This document shows positions 63,911 through 64,000 of a stretch of 64,000 nt of DNA, piece by piece. The DNA comes from Stegostoma tigrinum (taxonomy: Eukaryota): positions 21,419,869-21,483,868 of the forward strand of contig NC_081372.1 of the NCBI RefSeq assembly GCF_030684315.1, given 5' to 3'. The notes below the pieces were generated by a model. It had not been told where the DNA came from, did not search any database, and worked only from the letters and a program-made list of their open reading frames with translations. The position numbers and the translations under genes were made by a program. Numbering within the stretch: position 1 is the first letter of the stretch; the number at the start of each line of letters is the position of its first letter.

Positions 63911-64000
63911 GTAAAATTACAAAAAATACTTTTTAAACTACCAGCTACTACCAATATTTTCTTGTCAGTATTTTGATATTTAAACACAAATTCTGCAGAA

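Noticed and set aside
1-64000. Prokaryote-type systems (CRISPR arrays, operons, retrons)
   Set aside because: No regularly spaced direct repeats or operon structure; the sequence is spliced vertebrate DNA and all RT motifs belong to LINEs.

Overview
Vertebrate genomic DNA, AT-rich and repeat-dense. It is almost certainly an elasmobranch (shark/ray), inferred from HE1-type V-SINEs, HER1/CR1-type LINEs, a DeuSINE-like copy and Penelope-derived repeats. The main gene is EMILIN3 on the + strand, with four in-phase exons at 44077-44255, 44665-44790, 49673-49836 and 52812-54671 (or 54721) encoding a signal peptide, EMI domain and long coiled coil. It starts in a CpG-rich island. Exon 4 can either read through to a stop plus AATAAA, giving a mammal-like 792-aa form, or splice in frame to a 36-bp Gly-X-Y collagen exon at 63875-63910; mammalian EMILIN3 is described as lacking that collagen/gC1q tail. 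Upstream, a chain of phase-compatible micro-exons on the - strand (about 28.2-42.6 kb) suggests an unidentified gene head-to-head with EMILIN3. The rest is transposon-derived: a near full-length CR1 with an esterase ORF1, an apparently ORF1-less LINE whose 5' UTR and 3' tail both reappear in a tRNA-headed SINE, nested insertions, a Harbinger transposase relic, and about a dozen Penelope-type terminal repeats carrying minimal hammerhead-ribozyme motifs (one with an intact core at 2371-2410). Repeat boundaries were read by eye and are approximate; no database search was run.
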